From Octopus sinensis (lineage: Eukaryota), in assembly GCF_006345805.1 (NCBI RefSeq), contig NC_043003.1, positions 97,650,001 through 97,714,000 on the forward strand: 64,000 nt of DNA, written 5' to 3'. Made by a program: the position numbers and the translations under genes. Positions within the stretch are counted from its first letter, which is position 1; each line of letters begins with the position of its first letter. Under the pieces are notes generated by a model, which searched no databases, was not told where the DNA came from, and saw only the letters and a list, made by a program, of their open reading frames with translations. Below, one piece after another: positions 23,621 through 36,059 of this stretch.

Positions 23621-24012
23621 TTATATTCTTATGTGACTGGAAGTAGGAGAGACTTTCTCCCACTACATCTTTCAAAATGTTTCTTTTACTTTACCATTTT
23701 ATATTTTTTTACACGACGCATACATATCATTTCTTATATAGGCAGAGAATCGAGTCGGATACTTATTAGGGGTGAAGGTACGGGATGTTGTGACATTCGT
23801 TCATAGCTTCCGTTACTATTTTACATCATAACACCCATAACTTTCGTTATTATTTTACATTATAACACCCATGTAGGATTTCTTGTCACTGGGGCAAAAA
23901 CCTAATAGTTGGTCTACTTTATTTTTCGATAGGGTTTTCGTTTTTTTTTTTTCATATATGATACTTTGAAATCTGTACGTATACATATTGTTTCTAGGAA
24001 GGGAAAAGGAAA

Positions 24013-24061
<49 letters not shown>

Positions 24062-24879
24062 CTGATACTTATTTTATCTACCACAACAAACATTTAGGTT
24101 GATAACAGAAAAAAATAAAGTCAGGTTGATAACAGAAAAAAATAAAGTCAAAGCCGACAGATTTTTCTTTAATTCAAACCACAGCAAAAACACCTAACTC
24201 TGTTAAGATTAAATTTCCACTGTCGCCAAATATTCAAGATAGAATACAGAGTGAAGATCTGAATAATGAAACAAATATTAACGAAAATGGAAAAAAAAAG
24301 TTCGGGAAAAAATCCTAAGTTTTGCATTAAAGGTTTAAGTTGTTTGTTGTTGGTCTCGTTGTTATTGTTTTGTTGTTAATTTTCAAACTGGTCTTCTCTG
24401 GATTCCATGAATGAATTTTTTTCTGTTTATGCTACAACTTTGCCGATCAATTAAATATATAAATACACACATGTCACTGTGTGAATATATTTCGTTTTAA
24501 TTTTATAGTTCGTTATCATTTTTCTATAAAAAAAATCAATCACAGGACCCAGGGTGTTTGTTTTTGGTCCAACCTCTCTGAAAATGATTTATAAATAGTT
24601 GGGTTTCTTTTTTCTTTCTATCTTACATTAAATATATGAAGCAAGGGAAAATTTTGTTTTTCTTTCTTATTCGATTTTAGAAATAAAATATACATCGTAG
24701 AGAAATTTAAGTTATGAAGTGGGATGGATGAAAGTCGAGTGAAACTGTTCCAACATGAGAAAGCGAAAGGGCAAAACACGAAGAAAAACGACAAACGCAT
24801 GTTTTTAGCTCCCGACCAAGTAATTATAATATTATTCGGCGAAGTTACTACAACCGAAACTATGCCTATTCTTCTCTAC

Positions 24880-25035
24880 CCTAAGGTACAAGGCCCGAAA
24901 TTTTAGGGGGAGGAGGCTAGTCGATTAGATCGACCCCAGTACGCAACTGGTACTTAATTTATCGACTCCGAAAGGATCAAAAGCGAAGTCGACCTCGGCG
25001 GAATTTGAACTTAGAACATAAAGACAGACGAAGTA
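24880..25035 (-). mobile_element. SINE family D (tail type 2)
   Basis: Core GATCGACCCCAGTACGCAACTGGTACTTAATTTATCGAC...GTCGACCTCGGCGGAATTTGAAC, with tail AAGGTACAAGGCCCGAAATTTT. Confidence 0.8.
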
Positions 25036-25929
25036 ATTATAATATTGGCTTCGTTTGTGTTGGCACAGAGAAAGGACATGCATTTTTTAGAGGATATTTC
25101 AAATGTATATAACTGTGATGATTGATGGTAATGCTTTTCCAACGATGAGCTACATAATTAAATGAAGTGAAATTTGTTTAACTATGCCCGGGAATCGTAA
25201 CAACATTAGTTCATTTATTTGTTCTTTTATATAATGACAATAACTAATATAAGAAAATGTATATATTTATATATATATATAAATGTATACATACTTATAT
25301 GGCACTTATACCAAACAAATAAACTGACATTATTTTCGAAACACTATAAAAAAAAAAACCTTTTTAAGTGTTGTAGAGAAATTACTATAAGATAAAATGA
25401 CGATGGCATTAATGAATACTAATATAATTAAATTATATTTTTGAAATTTCCATTATCTTCCTAGACCAAACCATACACGCAACACTAGGAAATATATTTA
25501 CATTTCTAGAAAGAGCAACTATTATATATATATATATGTGTGTGTGTGTATAAACGGGGACAGTTTAGTTGACAACACCAAGACCTAATTCATTTTTAGA
25601 AAACAAAATTACGATGGTGACTGTAATGTGAAGACAAACAGAATATATATACAATAATAACCAAAACTAAGGTGTAAAAGTATTACCTTCTTATACTTGT
25701 CTCTTCTCTTCGTTTGTTGGTTTTTCCCTTTTCTTAATTTTTTTTTTTTCGTTTATATCTTGGTCGTTTTGGGTGAAAATGTGCTTGATTTGAAATCAGG
25801 CTTAGATTTTGAGATCGTATGCTCCAATATTCGAATTAACTTATGGATTATACATATAAATATATGTATATATATTCAGAGAAAATGATAAATCCAAAAA
25901 AAATGCTGTATTTATTTATCTATATATAT

Positions 25930-25964
<35 letters not shown>

Positions 25965-26213
25965 GATGTGTGTATGGATGTATGTATAAATATATGAATA
26001 TTGTTTTTAACTCCTTTTTTTTTTCTTTTTAATCGTTTTCAAACGTCAGTTTTCTTTCGTTCTGTCTGCCCCATTTGAAATATATGTCGCAAGCATGGTG
26101 CTATCTGTCTATCCAACTTATAACTGCTCTCAACATAGCTGCTTGCTGCTAAGGCGAACAGCAAATACAAACTAACAATGAAAGCCGACTGGCGGACTGT
26201 TTTGAGTATGCGC

Positions 26214-26278
26214 AGGTCAGAGGTCAGCAGGTCAGATGTCAACGGGTCAACACTTAGCAGCAAGAGATTGCTAGGTCA
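26214..26278 (+). promoter_or_regulatory. Cluster of nuclear-receptor half-sites (DR1/DR2 array)
   Basis: AGGTCA-g-AGGTCA-gc-AGGTCA-g-ATGTCA-ac-GGGTCA (26214-26249), plus AGGTCA at 26273 and 26403. Function is not shown. Confidence 0.5.
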
Positions 26279-27668
26279 GCGAACTGTTTGTTTCTATTTG
26301 TTATTCAGTTATCTCCCTTGAAGTATGTAATTCTTTCGCTTTTCTTGTGTCATAAGATGACGTGAATTCCTCTGTTGTTGTCGATCGTGTATGTTTAACC
26401 CTAGGTCAACCATGATCGCGCATACCTAGCTATGGTGAAAGATCTACCAGCAGCATGATCCTCAAATTTTTATTATTTTTTCCCCAGCATAGTGTATTTA
26501 GGTATACTTTATTTAATATGTCCTTTGTTCTATTTTTTAAAAGGCAGTCTAATGCAATTTAAAAGAAGGGATTCGATTGTTATTTCTAACATGTCGAGTA
26601 ACCACATAGCGGTTCTTTAGTGAAAATCCTGGGTTGAAACGAGGAAACGAGAGTCTGGTATTTTATTCAATGATAGTTGAGTCTTTTTTTATGTTTATCA
26701 GTCTTTCGTCACACGCTATCACTTGTTTTTAATATCAAAAATTAATTTATCTTTTGGTGTGTTTCATCCCACCATCCATCCATCAGCTATAGCATCATTC
26801 ATTCATTAATCAACTCTTGCAGCTTCTTTCTGATAAACAGTCATCGATCAGCTTGCTAGAATATAGCATTCTTCTGTCTAAAACTATAAAACGACACTTT
26901 AGATATTGTAGTTCCAGACACACTCCTAAAAAAATGGATGGGCACGACTGGAATATTTTTGATCAAAGTTCTACTCGATCACAGTTGACCTTGGGCTGAA
27001 CAGTAACAGGGGGTGTCGTACTTCTTTTGACATTTTGCCGGTAACAACGAAGAATAAAAATAAGTACAGAAGTATTAAAAATATTCCTTATTTCATAGAC
27101 ACCTAAAGGCAAAGGGAACCTGACGTCGGCGGAATTTGAAATCAGAACGTAAAGACGGATAAAGCATTTTGATTGACGTGCAAAACAACTTTGCCAGCTC
27201 GCCGATTGTTAAGAAAAAAAATGTTCAAAATATTGATAAAATAACATGAGCGTATGATCCAACTAAAAGAACAATGGCAAAGGTTTAATGAATGAAGCCA
27301 CTAAAATCTACCTCAAATCACACCCCTTCGTCTTACAAAAGCAAAGATACATCATGAACAAGGTAGAATTCTAAGAAACCGGGGTTGGTCTGTCATTGGT
27401 AGGTAGGCAGGCAGACAGGTAGATAGAGAGATAGACAGATAAACAGACAGATAGATAGAATGATAGACAGATAGATGGACAAGTGGATAGATGTTTGTAG
27501 AATTTCATATAAATAAAAATGCCTCACAATTTTGTACCATTGCAACATCTATATAATCGTTAGGTATTTATATAAACATATTCTACACTCTCCTGTATTG
27601 AATCCTTTCTTAGATTTAGTTTTATTGGATGTAGATCATAAACTAAATTATCTATCTATCTATCTATA

Positions 27669-28040
27669 GGCGTAGGAGTGGCTGTGTAGTAAGTAGCTTG
27701 CTTACCAACCACATGGTTCCAGGTTCAGTCCCGCTGCATAGCACCTTGGTCAAGTGTCTTCTAATATAGCCTCGAGCTGATCAAAGCTTTGTGGGGGGAT
27801 TTAGTAGACGGAAACTGAAAGAAGCCCGTCATACATATATATATGTATGTGTATGTGTGTATATGTTTGTGTGTCTATGTGTGTCCCCTCCCCCCAACAT
27901 TGCTTGACAACCGATGCTGGTGTGTTTACGTCCCCGTAACTTAGCGGTTTGGCAAAAGTGACCGATAAAATAAGTACTAGGCTTTCAAGTCCTGGGGTCG
28001 ATTTGCTCAACTAAAGGCGGTGCTCCAGCATGGCCACAGT
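27669..28040 (+). mobile_element. SINE family A, near full length
   Basis: Head GGCGTAGGAGTGGCTGTGTAGTAAGTAGCTTG through tail GGCGGTGCTCCAGCATGGCCACAGT. Confidence 0.9.
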
Positions 28041-28046
28041 GACCAA

Positions 28047-28590
28047 GTTAGTAGTGGAGGAGGTTGTTCTGAAAGCATAGCTGCTACAATAAGAACAGCC
28101 TGGTCAAAGTTCAGTGAACTACTATCTCTGTTAGTAACAAAGGGCCTCTCCCTCAGAGTGAAAGGCAGATTGTATGATGCCTGTGTATAAACAACTATGC
28201 TACATGGCAGTGAGACATAGGCTATGACTTCTGAGGATATGCAAAGGCTTGAATAAAATAAGGCCAGTATGCTCCACTGGATGGATTATGCAAGTGTGCA
28301 TATGTAACTGATTTGAGAGAAAAACTGGGTATGCTATGCATCAGATGTAGTGTGTAAGAGAAAAGACTGTGCTGACATGATCATGTAATGCGTATGAAGA
28401 CAGTTGCATCAAGAGATGCCAATCTCTAATTGTAGAAGGAATATGTAGAAGGGGTAGACCCAGAAAGACATGGTATGAAGTAGAGAGGGAGTCTCTTCAG
28501 GTGTTGGACCTCACAGAGGGAATGACAGGGGGTTGAGATTTCCTGGCAGTCTGCTGTGCTTGAAAAGACACATTAAGCTAAGATACCATG
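28047..28590 (+). mobile_element. RTE LINE C-terminal fragment (degenerate)
   Basis: IRTAWSKFSELLSLLVTKGLSLRVKGRLYDACV..LHGSET, then RRGRPRKTW. Same family as 6708. Confidence 0.85.
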
Positions 28591-28682
28591 GTATCTGCCC
28601 TGATATATATATCCCTCTAAACTAACTACACACACATGTATATATATATATATATATACACATATACTTTTACTTTTTTTAC

Positions 28683-28922
28683 CTTTTACTTTTTACTTGT
28701 TTCAGTCATGTGACTGTGGCCATGCTGGAGCACCACCTTTAGTCGAGCAAATCGACTTCTATCAGTCTCTTTTGCCAAAACGCTAAGTTACGGGTACGTA
28801 AACACACCAGCATCGGTTGTCAAGTGATGTTGGGGGGACAAACGCAGACACACAAACATATACACACACATACGCATATATACATATTTATATATATATA
28901 TATATATACGACGGGCTTCTTC
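28683..28922 (-). mobile_element. SINE family A 3' half
   Basis: TTTTACTTGTTTCAGTCATGTGACTGTGGCCATGCTGGAGCACC...ACGACGGGCTTC. Confidence 0.85.
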
Positions 28923-29294
28923 AATTGAATGAGGCCTAACAGATTTTTATCTGTGATTTGTTACAAAAAGGTGAAGCAAATAATACTTTTTGAAGAAGAT
29001 GATGATAGTGGACATAAAATGGATTGTCTATAACAATGTAAAGTATAAATGATTATAGGAGAAGTGTGACAAATCACCACAAATAGATTACAGGTAAGTT
29101 CCCCATCATCAATTCACTGCAGAGGAAGTTCACCATCATCTGTTCACCCTGAAGAAAGATCACGAGAAAAGCTCACTGCGAGGTAAGTTTACTGAGAAAA
29201 TATATCCATAGTATTTCACTATTGATAGTTAAAATCTATTTTATTGAAAAAAAAAACGTGATAATGGTGAACTTTCCCTGCAGTGAATTTACTG

Positions 29295-29878
29295 GACATG
29301 TCACAAACAAACTTAAAGCAGCACTTTGCCCGAAGGTAATGCTTTCAATTTGGTGGAATTAGAAGGGTACTGTCTTTTACAAGCTTCCCACACACAGGAT
29401 GATCGATTTAGGTGTGTACTGTGATCAGGCGGACAAATTAAACACGACAATTCACCAGGAGCATCCAGCATTTGCTAATCATAAGGGCATTGTCTTTCAT
29501 CATAACAATACCAGGCCACACACTTCTTTGTGGACATGGCACAAGTTACTAGAGCTTGGCTGAGACGTTTTGCCACATTCTCCATAGTCACTCAACCTTG
29601 CACTTTCAGATTTACACCTGTTTCAGTCTCTTCAAGATTCATTGAACAGAACAGACCCTCAACTCTGAAGAGGATGTAAAAATTCACTTGGAAGAGTTTT
29701 CACCAGCAAAGACAGGACATTCTTTGAGCAGGGAATAAATGGATCTGCCTACAAGATCACAGAAGATACTAGAACCAAACAGTAATTATATCATTAATTG
29801 AACAAATCGCTTCGAGTCTAAAACTCCTGTTGTATTTTTGCTTAACAAACTGAATGGACTTTTCGACCAACCCTATAC
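29295..29878 (+). mobile_element. Mariner transposon 3' half
   Basis: KVMLSIWWN, VFHHNNTRPH, LPHSP*S.NLALSDLHLFQSL (catalytic-domain C-terminus), and right end GGACTTTTCGACCAACCCTATA. Confidence 0.8.
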
Positions 29879-29919
29879 ATACACATGCACACGCATGCAT
29901 ACAATACACATATGATGAG

Positions 29920-30064
29920 TCTCTTTCAGTTCAGTTTCTATCTACCAAATCCACTCACAAGGCTTTAGTTGACTCAAGGCTATAGTTTGCCCAAGGTGCC
30001 ATGCAGTGGGACTGAACCTGGAACCATATGGTTGGGAAGCAATCTTCTCACCACATTGCCATGC
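29920..30064 (-). mobile_element. SINE family A 5' half
   Basis: CTACCAAATCCACTCACAAGGC...GCCCAAGGTGCCATGCAGTGGGACTGAACC. Confidence 0.8.
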
Positions 30065-30284
30065 AGGCAGAAAAGGAGGAGGAGATATTAACTGTATTTG
30101 TTGTACCCAATGTAAGCTATGAACACACAAGAGATGTAGAATTATAAGCAGACTAATAGTGAATACATGCTTCGTATGTGATGAATGCCCTGGAGTAGTA
30201 TGTATGAGAAATACCCAAATGGCTTGTTAGAAGAAGTAGATAGTTTTTGTTATCTTTGAGATGCAATTAGAAAGCAATTTGCTC

Positions 30285-30790
30285 TGAAAGTATAGTAGCC
30301 AGAGTAAGAACAGGCTAGAGAAAGTTCAAGGAGTTACTAATGCTGTTGGCAACACAGCTATTTCCCTTGATGTCAAAGGCAGATTGCTTTATGCTTGTGC
30401 TAGAACTACACTGTTGCATGGTAGTGAGACACAGGCCTTGAACACAGACAACTTGACAAAACTGAAAAGAAATGAAGCCAATATGCTCTCTTCGATGTGC
30501 AATGTAAGTGTGCATGAATGACAGTATAAATGTACTGAGAGAAAAACTAGGCATGAGAGGAATCGAATGTAATGAGCAAGAAAAAGGACTGCTCTGGTAC
30601 GGACATGTGATGCATATGGATGATGACAGTTATACAAGGAATTGTTGCACATTCAAGGTGGATGGAACTTAAGGAAAATAGTGACCCAAGAAAACAATAA
30701 AATGAAGTGGTGACAGCTGATCTCATGACTCTGGGCCTCATGGATGACTGATGATACACGGTTCTTGAAAAGACCTACCTGCCTCAGTGA
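30285..30790 (+). mobile_element. Old RTE LINE C-terminal fragment
   Basis: ARVRTG*RKFKELL, LHGSET and LLWYGHVMHM motifs, with many stops. Confidence 0.75.
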
Positions 30791-32009
30791 AACAGAGTTC
30801 TGAAAGTGCTATATCTGTGTGTGCATGTATGTGTGTGTGTATCCAAATTGAATAAGTGGAGGAGGTAAAATCCAGGCCACATATGTTTCCTAGCTAGCAT
30901 ATTCTCTGATGTACTAATTAGTCAATGAGGGATACTCAGCTAGCTACTCACTAGGCCAAAGATACCTTAATTATATGAACGTTACAGTGTCGTTAAGGAA
31001 TACTAACTCACCGAAGATATAATTTGAAATGAGTCGTGAAGTGCTTGAAGCTTACAAACTTCCTGAACTTAGATCCTTGGATCTTATAATTACACATATA
31101 TGTATGTGTATGTGTGTGTGTGTATGAACAAATGGGCCTTTTGACCAATCTCCTCAAATCACCCCATTCTCCCCACCCATCATTTCTCCAACTGTTGCTC
31201 TCACTTGATACCACTTATTTTTCTTGTTACCTGGAACCATTTCACGTATTATTCATACTCCATATATTGATACTGTTCTCTCCACCTACAATTTACATAC
31301 ATTGGTTACACACTGAGCTCCCCAATTATCTTTTCTCCTCCTCTACCATACATCTCTCTCTCTCTCTCTCTCCTCAGGCATTACACCTGCCTCTTTCTCC
31401 CACTCCACCCCAACCCTCCTGCAAACCATCCGTCTATCTGTCATATCTCTCTCGTCCTTCCCGTGCTTACTGTATCATCACTATTATCTCCCCCTGCTTC
31501 CACTTTCTTCTGCACCCTTATCTACCCTCCAACTCATGCATCGTTTGTTATTCCCCTACAACTTATTCACTACATCCAGCTTTTAAACTTATCCAACCTT
31601 TACAGATGCTATCTCCCGTCTCCTCATCCATCCCTCTCCTTTCTCACTTCACAATCTACTGTTGCAACCTGCCAACCACCCACCCACCTGCCCTTCTACC
31701 CTCCTGCATTTGTGGTTTCCCTATTCCCTCTCATTTCTACTTACCTTGTACCTCGAGAGAGGGAGGGAACTTGAACACCTCATCACTGCTATTATATCTC
31801 TTTCCTACTCCACCTGATCATTCTGACCCTCTCTTCTAAATGTGAGTAGTCATATCGCTCCTCTACTGCAAGAAACCTGTTCTGCTTTGACACCTTCTCT
31901 CATACCTTAACATCTGATATACTAACACGAGCAAAACGCCCCCTCCCACCAACCAATGGACGGTTCTGAATCATATCTGCTGAATAAAAAGCAATCAGTG
32001 TGTTCTTTT

Positions 32010-32485
32010 CATTAAAAAACAATTAAGCATGCCTTTATTTCAATAAAATTTTTGGTTTTGTTAAACAAAGTTAAGGCAAAAAAAAAAACTTCTTGAGAAA
32101 CCAAATAGTCTTTCCTTCCTTCATGCCAAGTTTGAAGAAAATATCTCTTTTGCATCTTACTTTTTTGGTCTCTTAAATATGCTGCATTTTGTGGCTTTAT
32201 TTTAAGCCAGCCGGCTTTTTTTTGCACAAACTGCACATGCATTTTTCTCACGTACACGTAGTATCGATCGCAACAGCTGATGTACTTGCATGTACAAATG
32301 CACGTTCCCACGGCTTTATCGATCGCATTCTCACCTGGAATCGATTTTTGTAATTTTTTCAAGACTTATACATGCCCTGATACTGTTGGTATCTACATAT
32401 CAAATTTGAGTGCAATCGGATGGAGGATGCCCGAGATCCTACAAGACACACACACACACAGAGAGAACGGATTTTATATAATAGA
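32010..32485 (-). mobile_element. Probable non-autonomous Helitron-type element, 5' portion
   Basis: The minus strand begins A|TCTATTATATAAAATCCG..(TG)n..CCGATTGCACTCAAATTTG, the same architecture as the Helitron 5' end at 52013. A 3' CTAG end was not found. Confidence 0.45.
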
Positions 32486-32929
32486 TGAAGCGCTCCCACC
32501 AACTCTGAGGTTTATAGTCTTGCTTAGCTGCATGGCAATGCCATTACAGCTGGTAGCATGAAAAAAGCACGCAGTAAACACTGTAAAGTGGTTGGCACAA
32601 GGTAGGGCATTCAGCTAAACAACCATGCCAAATCAGACACTGGAGCTGGATACAGTTCTTAAACCATCACCATACACACCTCCATCCGCATATAACTACT
32701 ATTCCTCCTCTCTTTCCATCACCTTCCCCACCTCCCCACCAAATACACACGGAAATACCCACATAACTCAATCAACCTTTGCATTGGTCAAAAGAGATAA
32801 ACAACCCTCTGTTAAACATCCATCAATGTTATATTGCCTGAAGAAATGAATCCAGGATGATTATCAACCCGATACCCATATGGACTGTGATCTTAAGAGA
32901 CATGTGACTAGTGGAAATCTGTATAGCAG

Positions 32930-33312
32930 TGCATTAAATACAGTTCTATATTTAAGGGATGAGGAATTATGTACATTATTTACATTTGACAGATATTTGT
33001 CCTCATCTTTGTTGTTAACACAATGTTTCGGCTGATAAACCCTCCAGCCTTCATCAGGTGTCTTGGAGAAATTTCGAACCTGGTTTCTCATTCCTAAGGT
33101 AATTTTTGATATTATTATTATTATTATTATTCAGGTCAATGCCTAGAATCGGACTCGGAATCTTGGGGTTAGTAGCCTGCACTCTTAACTACTACGCCAT
33201 ATGCCCATAGTAGTTAAGAGCACAGGCTACCATATGTCTGTGGGCATATGGCGTAGTGGTTAAGAGCACGGGCTACTAACCCCAAGATTCCGAGTTCGAT
33301 TCTAGGCAGTGA

Positions 33313-33351
<39 letters not shown>

Positions 33352-33490
33352 CATCGAAAATTACCTTAGGAATGAGAAACCAGGCTGGAAGTTTCCCCAA
33401 GACACCTGATGAAGGCTTGGAGGGTATATGAGCCAAAACATGTTAACAAGAAACAAGATGAGGACAAATATCCGTCAAATGTAAATAATC
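32930..33490. mobile_element. Head-to-head inverted pair of Penelope terminal modules (tRNA-like head + (AAT)n + hammerhead motif)
   Basis: Minus copy ~33207->32930 and plus copy 33241->33490. Both match 14060-14312. Head GGGCATATGGCGTAGTGGTTAAGAGC..GAGTTCGATTC carries A and B boxes. Confidence 0.85.
33017..33062 (-). ncRNA. Minimal type I hammerhead ribozyme-like motif
   Basis: GACAC-CTGATGA-A-GGCTG(GAGGGTTTAT)CAGCC-GAAAC-ATT-GTGTT: stem I GACAC/GTGTT, core CUGAUGA...GAAA, stem II GGCTG/CAGCC. Confidence 0.65.
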
Positions 33491-33505
33491 TCTTTCTCTT
33501 TCTTT

Positions 33506-33836
33506 CTTTTACTTGTTTCAGTCATTTGACTGTGGCCATGCTGGAGCACCACCTTTAATCGAGCAACTCGACCCCGGGACTTAGTCTTTGTAAGCCCAGT
33601 ACTTATTCTATCAGTCTCTTTTGCCAAACCGCTAAGTGACGGGGACATAAACACATCAGCATCGGTTGTCAAGCGATGTTGGGGGGACAAACACAGACAT
33701 ACAAACATACATGCACACATATATACATATACATATATACGACAGGCTTCTTTCAGTTTCCATCTACGAAATCCACTCACAAGGCTTTGGTCAGCCCGAG
33801 GCTATAGTAGAAGACACTTGCCCAAAGTGCCATGCA
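33506..33836 (-). mobile_element. SINE family A, 5'-truncated
   Basis: Tail through GACACTTGCCCAAAGTGCCATGCA. Confidence 0.9.
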
Positions 33837-34379
33837 ATTAAATGTTTATAAATTCCATCCAAGAATTATTGTTATTATTATTATTATATTTATCCTACAT
33901 CATATCGGCACAGTTCAATGCAACCCCCAAGAATTCTGGTTCACAAGTCAGCATCATTAGACCATGACCAGCATAATAGAATAGGAGCTTTATTTGCATA
34001 TTCAAAACGTTTCCTGCAAACAAATTTTTAAAAATTTATATATTTATCTGTGTGTATCTGTGTATGTCTTTGTGAATTAAAAAGACATCTATCTCTGGCA
34101 ATGTAGTGAATTTTCAGAGTGAATGAGTGTTGGATAAAATGCTTTGTAGTATTTGTTCTGGTTTCTGCATTCTGAGTTCAATTTTTGCTGAAGTCAGCTT
34201 TGTCATTAACTCTTTCTGGGTCAACAAAACAAAACAGTACCCGTTCAGTTGGTGGATTGAGATAATTGTTAGTACATCAGATTGGACGCCTTATAGTATC
34301 TGTTCCATCTCTGTGCATTCTGAGTTCAAATCCTGTTCTTCTCTCAGGACTTGGGACTGACAGTATCAATAATTTATCA

Positions 34380-34865
34380 AAAGACATCATCATTGTTCGA
34401 CCGTGGTCGAGACAATGGAATTTACCATGTTACACCAGACTTCACGGTCCATCATAGCATTACAGAGGTCCTGTTGCTGGATGCCTGTATCCCTGGAGAT
34501 TACATCAGGGTAGGAGAGTGTGCACCCTCTGGTATTGCGAGTAGACGGCTTCCAGAGGAGAAGAGTAGAAATTGCCTCGTTTTCAGCTCTACAACAATGT
34601 CCAGCAAACTGGACTCTCCTACCTTTCACAAGAGATGACACAGGTGGTAGTTTCCCATATATTTACATTTTGGTTGGATGACGCTTCCACGAGAGATTTT
34701 GAGCTCTCATAAGGAGGCGAGTGTAGGTTCCATCCAACCGCCTCTCAAGCTTCTTTGATAACGTCCAGGTTTCTGAGCCATATAGTAGAATTGGTTCGAC
34801 TGTGGCTTTGAAGATTTCAAGTTTGAGATTCTTTGGTTTGACTGCTAATATCTCCACATCACTGG
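34380..34865 (-). mobile_element. 5'-truncated RTE/RTE-X LINE with (GAT)n tail (different family from 6708)
   Basis: FKATVEPILLYGSETWTLSKKLERRLDGTYTRLL and RRVQFAGHC..MMDREVW. The stop is followed by ATGATGATG. Confidence 0.85.
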
Positions 34866-35190
34866 CACATAACCATAAATTTAGGAAAGCATTTACTGTT
34901 AGTTAAATCAACATTAGTACTTGATTAGTACTTTATTTTAATCATCCTGAGAAGTTGAACCGCAAAGTCACACCCAGCAGAAATTGAACTCTGATTGTAA
35001 AGGAATATAACTGAATACTTTCTTGAATATGTATTTAGCAAGAATCAGCAAAATCAAATAAAGCGGTGCCCCAGCATGGCCACAGCTCGTGAGCTGAAAC
35101 TAGATAAAAATTTTTAAAAAAAGGCAAAGAGGAGGAAAAGAAAAAGAATAAGACCACCATTATATCTATTTGTATGTGACTTCATTTAAT

Positions 35191-35580
35191 CTTTTACTTG
35201 TTTCAGTGATTTGACTGCGGCCATGCTGGAGCACCGCCTTTAGTCGAGGAAATCGACCCCCAGGACTTATTCTTTGTAAGCCTACCACTTATTTTATCGG
35301 TCTCTTTTGCCGAACCGCTAAGTTACGGGGACGTAAACACACCGACATCGGTTGTCAAGAGATGTTGGGGTGACAAACATACACACACAAACACACACAC
35401 ATATATATACATATATACGACGGGCTTCTTTCAGTTTCTGTCTACCAAATCCACTGACAAGGCTTTGGTCGGCCCGAGGCTATAGTAGAAGACACTTGCC
35501 CAAGGTGCCACGCAGTGGGACTGAACCCGGAACCATGTGGTTGGTAAGCAAGCTACTTACCACACAGCCACTCCTGCGCC
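35191..35580 (-). mobile_element. SINE family A, full length
   Basis: Complete tail-to-head match ending CACACAGCCACTCCTGCGCC. Confidence 0.92.
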
Positions 35581-36059
35581 ATTTAATACAAAGATTTGTA
35601 AAACTTCTGGGTATGTTTACAAAACAAAGAAATATTTTAACTTATGGATTACAATTTATAGCGAGAAAGTTTAAAAAAAAAAAACTTTATAAAAGGGTAA
35701 TGCGTTTCTGAAGGAAAAAAAAATTTATAGTAATGAAAGTGATGACGTCACAAGGGATATAACTCCGCTGTGAATGTATAAGAGTTATATTACTTCAAAG
35801 TTAAGCTATGCACAGTGCAAAGGAATAGTTTAAATTAAAACCAGTCACTTTTAGATTTTTTACGGTCTGAAGGCTTACTCTAAAGCTTCACTATGATTCA
35901 GATAGTTTCCTGCACATGAATTCCTGCTTTGATGCTTGAGAAACGAAGTTGCCCACATAAAAAAAGGAAAATAAAAAACAGACATGAGTCCATGAGACAG
36001 GCTCTACGCTAGGGGTTCGCAAACCAGGATATGCATATCCTTGGGGGTATGTGTATCCA

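Noticed and set aside
29108-29290. Imperfect ~30-bp inverted repeat (AATTCACTGCAG..GTTCACCAT / ATGGTGAACTT..CTGCAGTGAATT)
   Set aside because: Probably a decayed MITE, but I could not define termini or a TSD.
31114-31839. 241-aa ORF rich in L/S/P/H
   Set aside because: It lies in a G-poor pyrimidine tract that suppresses stop codons. No domain or splice support.
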